A stretch of DNA of 21,450 nt, from contig JBGSIV010000280.1 in assembly GCA_041742355.1 (NCBI GenBank), positions 1 through 21,450 of the forward strand, in the 5' to 3' direction. Source of the stretch: Candidatus Zixiibacteriota bacterium. Its GTDB lineage: Bacteria > Zixibacteria > MSB-5A5 > GN15 > FEB-12. Position 1 is the stretch's first letter. Every line of letters starts with the position of its first letter. Below the pieces are notes generated by a model. It was not told the DNA's origin, did no database searches, and saw only the letters and a list, made by a program, of their open reading frames with translations. The position numbers were made by a program, and so were the translations under genes. Of this stretch, positions 8,195 to 16,787 are shown piece after piece.

Positions 8195-8350
8195 GTTTGA
8201 AACTACCCCGCCCGCCGGCCGCTTTTTTTTGCCCGTCAAACTCCGCCGCCGCCCGTATTCATTGCAAACGTCCACCCAAACCCATAACCGAGTGCGGCCC
8301 GCCCCCGTCCGGAGGGGAGAGGCGGCCGCCGGAATTATCGGAGGTGTCAC

Positions 8351-8629
8351 ATGCCCAAATTCCTGATTGAGGTCCCGCACTCCCATGACCAACTCGAGTG
8401 CGCCAAAGTCGTGAAGGTCTTCCTGGAAACCGGCTCCCACTTCCTCACCCACGCCGACTGGGGCTGCTCCGATGGCGAGCACAAGGCCTGGATCACCGTC
8501 GACGTCGACAGCAGGAACGAGGCCCGCTCCATCGTCCCCCATGCCTACCGTCAGGACGCCCGCATCGTCCAATTGAGCAGCTTCACCATGGAGGAGATCG
8601 ACCGCATTATCGAGCAACACACGCGGTAA
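8351..8629 (+). CDS. Small hypothetical protein, His/Cys-rich, possible dimeric alpha/beta-barrel fold
   Basis: GGAGGT RBS, host-like codon usage, EVPH...C and WGC..GEH motifs. Confidence 0.8.
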   Translation: MPKFLIEVPHSHDQLECAKVVKVFLETGSHFLTHADWGCSDGEHKAWITVDVDSRNEARSIVPHAYRQDARIVQLSSFTMEEIDRIIEQHTR

Positions 8630-8754
8630 CTGCGATCGGCGCAAACAGAGACTCTATCGGGCAACTTTTCGCCCCCCCGCTGCGTACCTCTCCACAGGTG
8701 CCGCCGGAGTCGTTTGCCCGGCAGCCGACAATCTCGCCGCAAAGGAGGATCCGT

Positions 8755-9675
8755 TTGTCTCGAACACACTGCCGCCCCGTAGCCCTCGCGGCTGCCCTTG
8801 CCATCTTCACCGCCTCGGCCGCATCCGCCGCCGACCGCCAACCGCTCACCGTCCCGACCACCCCCGACTCCGTCCGCGTCCTCCTCTTCAAAGAGGGCGT
8901 GCAGTACGCCTACCCGCGGTGGTCCGCCGATGGCTCCCAAATCCTCTACCAGTCCAACGAATCCGGCTCATGGCAGATCTATGTTATGAACGCCGATGGC
9001 ACCGGCATCCGCCAACTCACCGACCACGACAGCAACAACAACTACCCCGATTGGTCCCCCGACAACACCCGCCTCGCCTACGTCTCCGATCGTACCGGCA
9101 ATGAAGAAGTCTATGTCATGAGCATGGATGGCACGGGGCTGGCCAATCTCTCGAACAACCCCGGCCGCGACATCCACCCCTACTGGTCCCCCGATAGCCG
9201 CTTTATTCTCTTCAACTCCAACCGAGACAACCCCTCAAGCCTCAGCGTCTTTCGCATCGCTGCCGATGGCTCCAATCTCACGCGCCTGTCCGCCACGAAC
9301 GACGTCGAAACCTGCGCCCGACTTTCCCCCGATGGTTCCCGGATCGTCCTCCTGCGTGCCTTTGAACAGATCAACGACGAGGTCTTTCTGACCGATCCCG
9401 AGGGCGCCAACCCGATCAACCTGACCGCCTCCAACGCCGCCGAGGGCTGGCCCTGCTGGACTCCTGACAGCCGCCGCGTCGTCTACTCCTCGGACTCCGA
9501 TGGCCCGTTCCGCCTCTTCATCATCAACGCCGATGGCACCGGCCGCCGCCCGCTTTCTCATGCCCCCGCGCCGTGGAACGATGCCCGGGCAAGCGTTTCC
9601 ACCGATGGCCGGCAGGTGGTCATAAACCGCCAGACCGGCGGTACAATTGCGATCTGCGACATGACGTTGAACTGA
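8755..9675 (+). CDS. Secreted TolB-like beta-propeller (PD40 repeats)
   Basis: TTG start after AAAGGAGG; Ala-rich signal peptide; repeated P.WSPDG..I.(Y/F).S.R.G...(I/V)YVM..DG units. Confidence 0.88.
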   Translation: MSRTHCRPVALAAALAIFTASAASAADRQPLTVPTTPDSVRVLLFKEGVQYAYPRWSADGSQILYQSNESGSWQIYVMNADGTGIRQLTDHDSNNNYPDWSPDNTRLAYVSDRTGNEEVYVMSMDGTGLANLSNNPGRDIHPYWSPDSRFILFNSNRDNPSSLSVFRIAADGSNLTRLSATNDVETCARLSPDGSRIVLLRAFEQINDEVFLTDPEGANPINLTASNAAEGWPCWTPDSRRVVYSSDSDGPFRLFIINADGTGRRPLSHAPAPWNDARASVSTDGRQVVINRQTGGTIAICDMTLN

Positions 9676-9830
9676 TTGGGCTTGCGCGCCACGGCCTGCC
9701 GCCGCCGGGAACGACCCTCGTCCTCGACTTCCGTGCTCCCCGTTCCCAACTGTCGTTCAGATATGCCGGTGGGACGACGATAAACAATAGGGGAGAGGGA
9801 TGATCCTGTACTCTTGCAAGCGGAGTTGGT

Positions 9831-10253
9831 ATGTATCAGATCACGCCGACAAACTACGGCTTCAAAGTCAGATCGAGCGGCTCCTTCAGCGCCGATGAGG
9901 TCCTTCGCCTCCGCCGGGATCTGCTGCACGCTATCGAGAAGCGGGGCGGCCCCTTCTCCCTGGTCATTGATTCACGCACTCTCGTGCTCCCCACCGGCGA
10001 AATTCGTGACCAGTTCTTCGATCTTCACGCCGCCGTCTGGCGCGCGGGATGCATTCGAGTCGCCTTCGTCATCATGTCGCCGGTCGCGAAGCACCAGGTC
10101 AGACAGATGCACTTCTCGGCCGCCCCGGAAGGCAACGATCGGGTTATCGAAGCCGCCGTAATTGAAAACTGGGAAGAAGTGGCTACCGCGTGGGTGACCG
10201 ATGCCGTGGAACCCCCGGCTTTCACCGTCGACCAGGTTGATGTCGTCCGCTGA
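9831..10253 (+). CDS. Hypothetical protein, possible STAS/SpoIIAA-like fold
   Basis: GGAG RBS; pattern G.FS.DE..helix..F.LVID.R....RVAFV....EEVATAW resembles SpoIIAA-like proteins. Confidence 0.7.
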   Translation: MYQITPTNYGFKVRSSGSFSADEVLRLRRDLLHAIEKRGGPFSLVIDSRTLVLPTGEIRDQFFDLHAAVWRAGCIRVAFVIMSPVAKHQVRQMHFSAAPEGNDRVIEAAVIENWEEVATAWVTDAVEPPAFTVDQVDVVR

Positions 10254-10273
10254 CCACCCTCGATCAATCCGAA

Positions 10274-11512
10274 ACAGCGTGATCGCTTGATACAGCGTCA
10301 TCGCTTGATCCGGATTCCGTCCTGTAGGTCAGTCCTGTAGGTCAGGCTCCTTGGAGCCTGACGTTGATTCACCGGATCACTCAGGTGCTGTCTTGTAGGG
10401 CGGGAGTCCCTCTGACTCCCGCCTCTTCCGACTCCATTTGTCTTCAAGCGGCAGGAGTGGGGGCTTTTGACCAACAACTGACACTGCCTTGCACGACTCG
10501 TCACCCTGAGCGAAATCGAAGGGTACGACCCCTGGGGCGATGTCTGCATGGGTGCCCAAACGAAGTGCGACGATCCAAAACGTCACCCTGAGCGAAATCG
10601 AAGGGTGACGGAGGCGCCGGTAGGTCAAGCACCGGTCGCGGTGCTTGACAGAAGTCCCCGTGCCTGTCATGAGTCTCGGTGCTTGACACGGGTCTCGGTG
10701 CGCTGCACACTGCCGTAGGTCGGGTTCCGAGGCGCGTAGCGCCGAGAAACCCGACACACCGGACAACTCGAAAACGATCAAACGCACCAAAATTCAATGG
10801 GAGACTCATAGCTGTCACCATGGCAGACGTAGAGTTTGCTGCATATTCTGTCAGCCCGGCGGAGGCCGGTCCCCAGTCACGCCCGAACCTACCGTATGCC
10901 GGTTTACCAAACGAACCCCATCTCCGGGAAAGTAGGTCAGACCGCTTGCGGCCTGACAGCACGACAAACACGCAACCGAGAAACCGCACCAACGACCCCA
11001 AACAAGGTCGGGTTCCGACGGGCGTACGCCCCGAATAACCCGACCTGATACCGACATCTTGATTGATTGGAAAAACGAACCCGGCCCCGCGCTTTGACCT
11101 GTGGCATGGTAACCCGCAGCTCTGCTGCGGGCCGCTATATCCAACTGCTCCGCCCGTACATCAAGGCCCCTCGCGGTCCCGACACTGACCCTCATCAACT
11201 ACCTGAATCCCCAACGTTACCCTGAGCGGAGTCGAAGGGTGACCGAGAGGCCGGTAGGTCAAGCACCGGTCTCGGTGCTTGACAAGCTGGCGTGGGTCGG
11301 ATTCCGAGGCGCGTGGTGCCAAGAAACCCGACTTGATACGATAACGTGTTTGGCGGTAGGTCAAACACGGCTCTGCGTGTTTGACATTGAATTACCGAGA
11401 ACGCTTAATGGGAGTCATTGCGAGCGCAGCGAAGCAATCTCTCCGGTAGGTCAAACACGGCTTTGCGTGTTTGACATTGCCTCTTGTAGGTCAGGACCTT
11501 CATGGTCCTGAC
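10274..11512 (+). repeat. REP-like mosaic cluster 4 (about 1.2 kb non-coding spacer between convergent genes)
   Basis: GTAG/GTGG-tagged hairpins at 10337, 10395, 10620, 10715, 10932, 11254, 11292, 11356, 11446, 11486; untagged relative at 11005; GTCACCCTGAGCG..TCGAAGGGT at 10500, 10582, 11216; GTCATTGCGAGCGCAGCGAAGCAATCTCT at 11414. Confidence 0.92.
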
Positions 11513-11541
11513 ATTGAACTTCGCCGACGTATCAACACCCC

Positions 11542-13818
11542 TCACACCGGCGCGGTCGCCATCACAAACTCCAACAACCGCAGCGCCCCAGCCTTCCCCC
11601 CAACCCCCACCTCCATCGGCGGCCCCACACACGCCGGGCACCCATCCGCGCACCCGCACGACTTCACCTGATGATACGCCGCCTCGAACAGCCGCTCGTG
11701 CTCGCTGAACAGCTTCTCCGACAAGCCCACTCCGCCCGGAATATTTTCGTAGATATAGATCGTCGGACGTTCCGTAAACGGCGCCCGTACCTGCGAAATC
11801 GACCGCAGATCCCGCGAATCGCACATCACCCACAACGGCGCTATCTTCCCCAGCACATTCGCGATTCCCCGCAACGCCCCGCCAAATTGCTCCCCATCGA
11901 TATTCAGCAGAAGATGCACATTCCCCGGATACGAGTACCAGAACGAATGCGTGTGCATCTCCAATTCCGGCATCGAGAGCTTCCCCCAGCCCACATTCTC
12001 GTGCGTCTCGAACTTGATCTTCTTGAACAGCACCGTGACATTCGTCACCGAAACCTCGCCGCAGTTGATCTCGGCATCCCCGAACGACCGCGACTGATCC
12101 ACCTCGAGCACCTTCAGGTCGGTCTTCGTCTCGGCGTCGGTGTAGTAATCGACCTGGACCTCTTTCACATACGCCTTGCGCCCCTCCCAATCAAATTTCG
12201 TCACCTGGTACTGCTGCGCCCTATGAAGGTAGATCGCCTGCGGGTGCAAAAATATCGGCGCGGAGAAGAAATCCACCTCGCCGATCACCTCGGCGTTGTT
12301 GCTCTCGTTGAGGATCACGAAATTCTCCGGCGCCGCCGAACGCAAAGAAATCTCCTGCGCCGGGTAAATCTCCGATGACCAGTGGTAGCGCGTCCCCGAG
12401 TGGTGCACGATCTTCGCCTCCTCGAGGTAATCGAGGATCTCTTTCACCCCGTCATCCTCGGCGTACTCGCTCTCGTCAAACGGCAACTCGAACGCCGCGC
12501 ACTTCAGGTGGTTGCTCCGGATAATCAGGTTGTTCGGATCGATAATCCCCGACTCCGGCGTCCGGCCGAAAATGTACTCCGGGTCTGCACAGAGGAACTG
12601 GTTGATCGCCGAGGAATTCGCGATCATCACGGTCACCGACGTATTCGACCGCCGCCCCGCTCGCCCCGCCTGCTGCCACAACGACGCCATCGTCCCCGGA
12701 TACCCGACAATGATCGACACATCGAGGCTCCCGATATCAACGCCCAATTCCAGCGCATTCGTCGACACCACGCCGTGAATCTTCCCGCTGCGAAGCCCCT
12801 GCTCGATTCCTCGACGTTCACTCGGCAGATATCCCCCGCGATACCCCGCTATATTCACCCCGCGCCCGAAATCCCCCTTCAGCTCCCGTTGCAGATACGT
12901 CAGCAACACCTCGACATACAGGCGGTAATGGGCAAAGACAATCGTCTGAATCTTGTGCCGCAGAAATATGCTCGCCAGCCGCGCCGCTTCGTTGAGCGCC
13001 GACCGTCGAATCCCCAACTGCTTGTTCACCACCGGCGGGTTGTAGATGAGGAAGTGTTTCTCGCCAGAGGGCGCGCCGTTGTTGTCCACCAGGCGAACCG
13101 TCCGCCCGATTATCTTCTGCGTCAGCTCTTTGGGATTGGCGATCGTCGCCGAGGAACAGATGAACTGCGGATTCGACCCGTAGAACTTGCAGATCCGCTT
13201 CAAGCGCTTGATCACATTCGCCAGGTGGCTCCCGAACACCCCCCGGTACTGATGCACCTCATCGATCACCACATACTTGAGATTCTCGAACAGCTTGATC
13301 CACTTCGTGTGGTGGGGGAGAATCCCCGCGTGAAGCATATCCGGATTCGTGATCACGATATGCCCGGCCGACCGGATCAACCTTCGCGCCGTCTGCGGCG
13401 TGTCCCCGTCGAACGTGTACGTCTTGATATCGACATCGAGCTTCTGAATCAGCTCGTATAGCTCCGACATCTGATCCTGCGACAGCGCCTTGGTGGGGAA
13501 GAGGTACAGCGCCCGCGTCTCCGGCTCGGCCATGATCCGGTTGAGCACCGGAAGGTTGTAGCAGAGCGTCTTGCCCGAGGCCGTCGGCGTCACCACCACC
13601 ACGTCGTCCCCGTCCACCACCGCCTGCACCGCTTCTGCCTGGTGCGTGTAGAGCTGCGCAATCCCCCGATCGCGCATCGACTGGATCAGCCGCGGATCGA
13701 GGAAATCGGGGAAATCGACACATTTTGCCGGACGAGGCGAGAACGACCGCCAGTGGGTGACATTCTCGCGAAGGTCGGCGTCAGTCTTGAGCAGATCGAG
13801 GATTTGATCGAGATTCAT
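11542..13818 (-). CDS. DEAD/DEAH-box helicase with DUF1998-type Zn-binding C-terminus (YprA/MrfA/Hrq1-like)
   Basis: LYTHQAEA, TPTASGKT, LFPTKALSQDQ, DEVH, SAT, YRGGY, STNALELGVDIG, QQAGRAGRR; C-terminal CD..D and CGCADGCPAC; start either ATG 13818 or GTG 13836. Confidence 0.95.
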   Translation of the reverse strand: MNLDQILDLLKTDADLRENVTHWRSFSPRPAKCVDFPDFLDPRLIQSMRDRGIAQLYTHQAEAVQAVVDGDDVVVVTPTASGKTLCYNLPVLNRIMAEPETRALYLFPTKALSQDQMSELYELIQKLDVDIKTYTFDGDTPQTARRLIRSAGHIVITNPDMLHAGILPHHTKWIKLFENLKYVVIDEVHQYRGVFGSHLANVIKRLKRICKFYGSNPQFICSSATIANPKELTQKIIGRTVRLVDNNGAPSGEKHFLIYNPPVVNKQLGIRRSALNEAARLASIFLRHKIQTIVFAHYRLYVEVLLTYLQRELKGDFGRGVNIAGYRGGYLPSERRGIEQGLRSGKIHGVVSTNALELGVDIGSLDVSIIVGYPGTMASLWQQAGRAGRRSNTSVTVMIANSSAINQFLCADPEYIFGRTPESGIIDPNNLIIRSNHLKCAAFELPFDESEYAEDDGVKEILDYLEEAKIVHHSGTRYHWSSEIYPAQEISLRSAAPENFVILNESNNAEVIGEVDFFSAPIFLHPQAIYLHRAQQYQVTKFDWEGRKAYVKEVQVDYYTDAETKTDLKVLEVDQSRSFGDAEINCGEVSVTNVTVLFKKIKFETHENVGWGKLSMPELEMHTHSFWYSYPGNVHLLLNIDGEQFGGALRGIANVLGKIAPLWVMCDSRDLRSISQVRAPFTERPTIYIYENIPGGVGLSEKLFSEHERLFEAAYHQVKSCGCADGCPACVGPPMEVGVGGKAGALRLLEFVMATAPV

Positions 13819-13933
13819 GGCGGTGTTTGTTCTCACGCGGTCGGGAACGTTTACTCTCAGGCGGCCGGGGGAGAGGCCCCGCCCGCAGCATCAGGGTGGG
13901 CAATATCGTCAGTGGGCTATGTTTCCAAATCGA

Positions 13934-14218
13934 GTAGGTCAGGCCGTTTATGGCCTGCCATTGACCTACACCAAACGTCGTGTACATGTGTCATTGCGAG
14001 CGCAGCGAAGCAATCTCTCTTCTTGTAGGGCAGGATCCCCCAGGATCCTGCCATTGACCTGCACCTGATGCTTGGACACTGTCATCCCTGCGAAAGGTAC
14101 CCCCGGGCACCGACCCGGGGCAGGATTCCAATCTATTTTTCTCCCCGTCAAACACGCAGAGCCGTGTTTGACCTACCTTCGATTTCCGGTAGGTCAAGCA
14201 CCGGTTTCGGTGCTTGAC
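13934..14218 (+). repeat. REP-like mosaic cluster 5
   Basis: GTAGGTCA...TGACCTAC at 13934-13969; GTCATTGCGAGCGCAGCGAAGCAATCTCT at 13990-14018; GTAGGGCAGGATCC..GGATCCTGCC at 14025; GTCATCCCTGC...GCAGGATTCCA at 14081-14130; inverted GTAGGTCAAACACG copy at 14147-14176; GTAGGTCAAGCACCG..CGGTGCTTGAC at 14189-14218. Confidence 0.9.
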
Positions 14219-14264
14219 TTGTCGAGATCATTTCCGCCCTGTCATGACGCAAATGCCCGTACCC

Positions 14265-14810
14265 TCACACCACCCCGGTCAGCTTCCGCTTGCAGATATC
14301 GCAGAACTTCCGCCCCTTCGAATCGATATCCAGCATCATCTGGCTGTAGTAATTCACACACCGTGGATTCCGGCACTCGTGCAGATCGAACAGGTGCGCC
14401 AGCTGGTGCAGCGCCTCCTTGTACAGCCGGGGATACACCTTCTTCTCATCCTCCGGCAACCCGTAAAATTCCATCCGCATCTGGTACAGCGACACCACCG
14501 AGGTCCCGGCCAGGACATCGGCATGCCCCAGGAGCACGCTCTCATCCGGAAGGTAGAGGTCCTCCTCGCAGATCGCTATCACTTTTTCCCGGGAGTTAGC
14601 CTTCACCCGCTCCAGCTTCGCCAGAAGAACCGTCGCGTAGTACTGGCCCCGGACAATGTTGTTCGCTTCGGTCGGCATCTTCATCCCTTTCAGAATGTCC
14701 ACCGATCGATTGAACACCGGGCCGACATCGGCCGCCAGACGATTCACCATCATCGGATCGACATCACCGAGCGGAACAACGACAATCTTGGATTTCAGTA
14801 GGGCCATCAT
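14265..14810 (-). CDS. Archaemetzincin (peptidase M54)-like protein with degenerate catalytic motif
   Basis: RGQYYA..LL, DLY, RLYKEALHQLAHLFDLHEC....CV and DID.K..KFC..C follow the archaemetzincin layout; HExxH reads HQLAH. Confidence 0.85.
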   Translation of the reverse strand: MMALLKSKIVVVPLGDVDPMMVNRLAADVGPVFNRSVDILKGMKMPTEANNIVRGQYYATVLLAKLERVKANSREKVIAICEEDLYLPDESVLLGHADVLAGTSVVSLYQMRMEFYGLPEDEKKVYPRLYKEALHQLAHLFDLHECRNPRCVNYYSQMMLDIDSKGRKFCDICKRKLTGVV

Positions 14811-14812
14811 GT

Positions 14813-15004
14813 TTACTCAACGCTGAAGAACCGGTCTTTCCGGCCGGTCGGTGAGACTTCCACCCGCACCTGGCCGGCACACTTCGGGCACCAGCCGACA
14901 AACGCCGACCCGGCTTTATTGAGATATATCCGCGCATACACGCGGCAGCACTTGAAATACATCCCCAGGAATGGCCGGCTCCGGGTGTCGTTCTCCTGAT
15001 GCAT
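14813..15004 (-). CDS. Small Cys-rich hypothetical protein (probable Zn ribbon)
   Basis: RPFLGMYFKCCRVYARIY.N.....F.GWCPKC...RFF; stop lies 2 nt before the archaemetzincin-like start; start ATG 15004 (or TTG 15022). Confidence 0.75.
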   Translation of the reverse strand: MHQENDTRSRPFLGMYFKCCRVYARIYLNKAGSAFVGWCPKCAGQVRVEVSPTGRKDRFFSVE

Positions 15005-15175
15005 ACCGGAGTCAAAATACAATAAAAAACGCGAAAATCAAGATAGTATGGACGAATGGTACTAATTGCGGCTCCGGGCAATCGAGGATCGGCGGGCGGC
15101 ATTTCCAGCGGTTGTAAGAGCGGCTTCGAACCTGAGGGGGACAGGTTACGATGCCGATCGCGTCGAAATTGGCCC

Positions 15176-15204
15176 TTGACAGAACTTGACGAATGTGCCA
15201 TATA
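15176..15204 (+). promoter_or_regulatory. Putative sigma70 promoter of the two-gene insert
   Basis: TTGACA (15176-15181)-N17-CATATA (15199-15204). Confidence 0.45.
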
Positions 15205-15349
15205 TCCGACACAGCTTTTCGAGTAATCGAGCGCTGTCGTGTGCCCTTTGCCAGCGACATATTGTTTCTCCGTGCGATGGAGAGGTGTGCGAGGCGGGGT
15301 TGCACGCAGCGGCTCAAAGGACATAAGCGGTTCACTTCTTTGACTTGAT

Positions 15350-15817
15350 ATGGATGCAGGGCTAGCAACTCTTCTCTCTGGCTTGGGCGGCGCTCTTGTT
15401 GCCGGGTCCATCGGCGTCATCTCGGCCGTACTTTCATATAGGTTGGCTGGCAAGCAGACGGCGCAACTTGCGGAGGAGCAGGACAAGAACCGAAAGTTGG
15501 AGGAGGCTAAGCTTGCCTTGCCGAAGCGGCTAGAAGCGGCACAGGTTGCCTGGAAAATGCTGTTCAAGATGGAGCATTTCGGCAAGATTAGTGATGGTGA
15601 GGTAGATGGTTTTGTCTCGGCGCAGATGTGGCTGCCGGAAGAAGCAAGAGGTGCCTGCCTATCACTGCTGAAGCAATGGCAATCGGCCGCGAATGGTCAG
15701 TCCGCGGCACCCCAAGGTGCATCCTATGCCAATTGTCGCGCGATTCTCTTGAGGCTCACTGGATTGGATCAACAAATGAGTGTGGAGGATAAGAATGGAT
15801 CCGCAACAAATCAGTAG
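15350..15817 (+). CDS. Hypothetical protein, N-terminal TM helix plus helical domain
   Basis: 155-aa ORF; hydrophobic LATLLSGLGGALVAGSIGVISAVLSY followed by a charged helical stretch; atypical codon usage. Confidence 0.7.
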   Translation: MDAGLATLLSGLGGALVAGSIGVISAVLSYRLAGKQTAQLAEEQDKNRKLEEAKLALPKRLEAAQVAWKMLFKMEHFGKISDGEVDGFVSAQMWLPEEARGACLSLLKQWQSAANGQSAAPQGASYANCRAILLRLTGLDQQMSVEDKNGSATNQ

Positions 15818-16727
15818 CGAAGGTGCTGAGGACCTGCAGGTCATATCGGAAATTGCGGAACGGCGGAGGGAGGACCTGAAACAAGCCCTATCAAAGCCTG
15901 TTCCTGACTTCATCGTTTCGACCGAGCAGGCTGAAGTCGTCTACACAATCCATCCGAACATGCTTCCGTATTCGCAAATGGATCTTGGCACTCTGGCCTC
16001 GAGGCTGAGACAAAAGTACCATGTGAAGTTCCAGAATCCTTCTCTCCCGCCATCCTTTGCAGCGCTGAGCAACACTGAAGGTGCTGGCGATGACGCCAAG
16101 TATTCGGCTGCAAAAGACCTCCTTGCTGGAGCGATGCCCGACGAAGATCTCACGTTTGTTCAGGGGAGGTTGGCTATTGGCCCTGATGACGTGGTTGCAA
16201 TCAGGCAGATATCTATGAATTCCGAATCCGTCCACGTGGCGGTTACTGGTGACAGCAAGGTCGCTGACCTGGTGGTCAAGGAAGTAGTGGAGGAACTATG
16301 GGCCAGTACAGGCATTCCCAAGAGGTGGGACAGCATCTATCCTTCCGTGCAAATGATCCGCTACGGTACCGCCACAAAAGTAGACTTTGGTGTGCATCTC
16401 GAGGAGTTTCTTTCGGTAGGATGTAGGTCGTTCATCACTTCCCAAGTCTTGGATGGAAAGAACTTCGCCGCTAGGTCGGTTGCACGCTCTGCCCGAGACA
16501 AATTCCAACCCCCTCCCAATACGTTGGCGACTTGGACATTGGACGACTTGAAGCTGGTGTTTCATGTGTTCAATCGCGTAAACGGTCGAGCGGAAAACTC
16601 GCAATTCAGGCTAAGTGTGTCTACAAGGGATGAAGAAGGTACAGGAATCTTCATCGCTATATCAGAAATGCCGTTTGATGAGCATGTGGAGTGCATGCGG
16701 GCGTTGCGGGACTACCTTTCAAAGTAA
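15795..16727 (+). CDS. Hypothetical soluble protein of unknown family
   Basis: ATG at 15795 after GGAGG RBS, overlapping the previous gene by 23 nt; 310-codon open frame in lower-GC DNA. Confidence 0.8.
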   Translation: MDPQQISSEGAEDLQVISEIAERRREDLKQALSKPVPDFIVSTEQAEVVYTIHPNMLPYSQMDLGTLASRLRQKYHVKFQNPSLPPSFAALSNTEGAGDDAKYSAAKDLLAGAMPDEDLTFVQGRLAIGPDDVVAIRQISMNSESVHVAVTGDSKVADLVVKEVVEELWASTGIPKRWDSIYPSVQMIRYGTATKVDFGVHLEEFLSVGCRSFITSQVLDGKNFAARSVARSARDKFQPPPNTLATWTLDDLKLVFHVFNRVNGRAENSQFRLSVSTRDEEGTGIFIAISEMPFDEHVECMRALRDYLSK

Positions 16728-16787
16728 CTCTCGTTCCCCCGGCTGCCTCAGTTTTTCCCCGGTTCTTCCATCATCTCAACCTCTTGG

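Noticed and set aside
8206..8230. GC stretch plus T8 resembling a terminator
   Set aside because: No convincing stem, and it lies in a divergent promoter region
8398..8754. Long N-terminal extension of the TolB-like ORF
   Set aside because: Overlaps the 8351-8629 gene; RBS, TTG and signal peptide at 8755 define the start
10298..11511. Possible transposase or small genes in the 1.2-kb spacer
   Set aside because: No HUH, DDE or GIY-YIG motifs; the ORFs are translations of repeats
10499..11512. Integron attC-like cassette array
   Set aside because: No ORFs between the hairpins, no consistent RYYYAAC/GTTRRRY ends and no integrase
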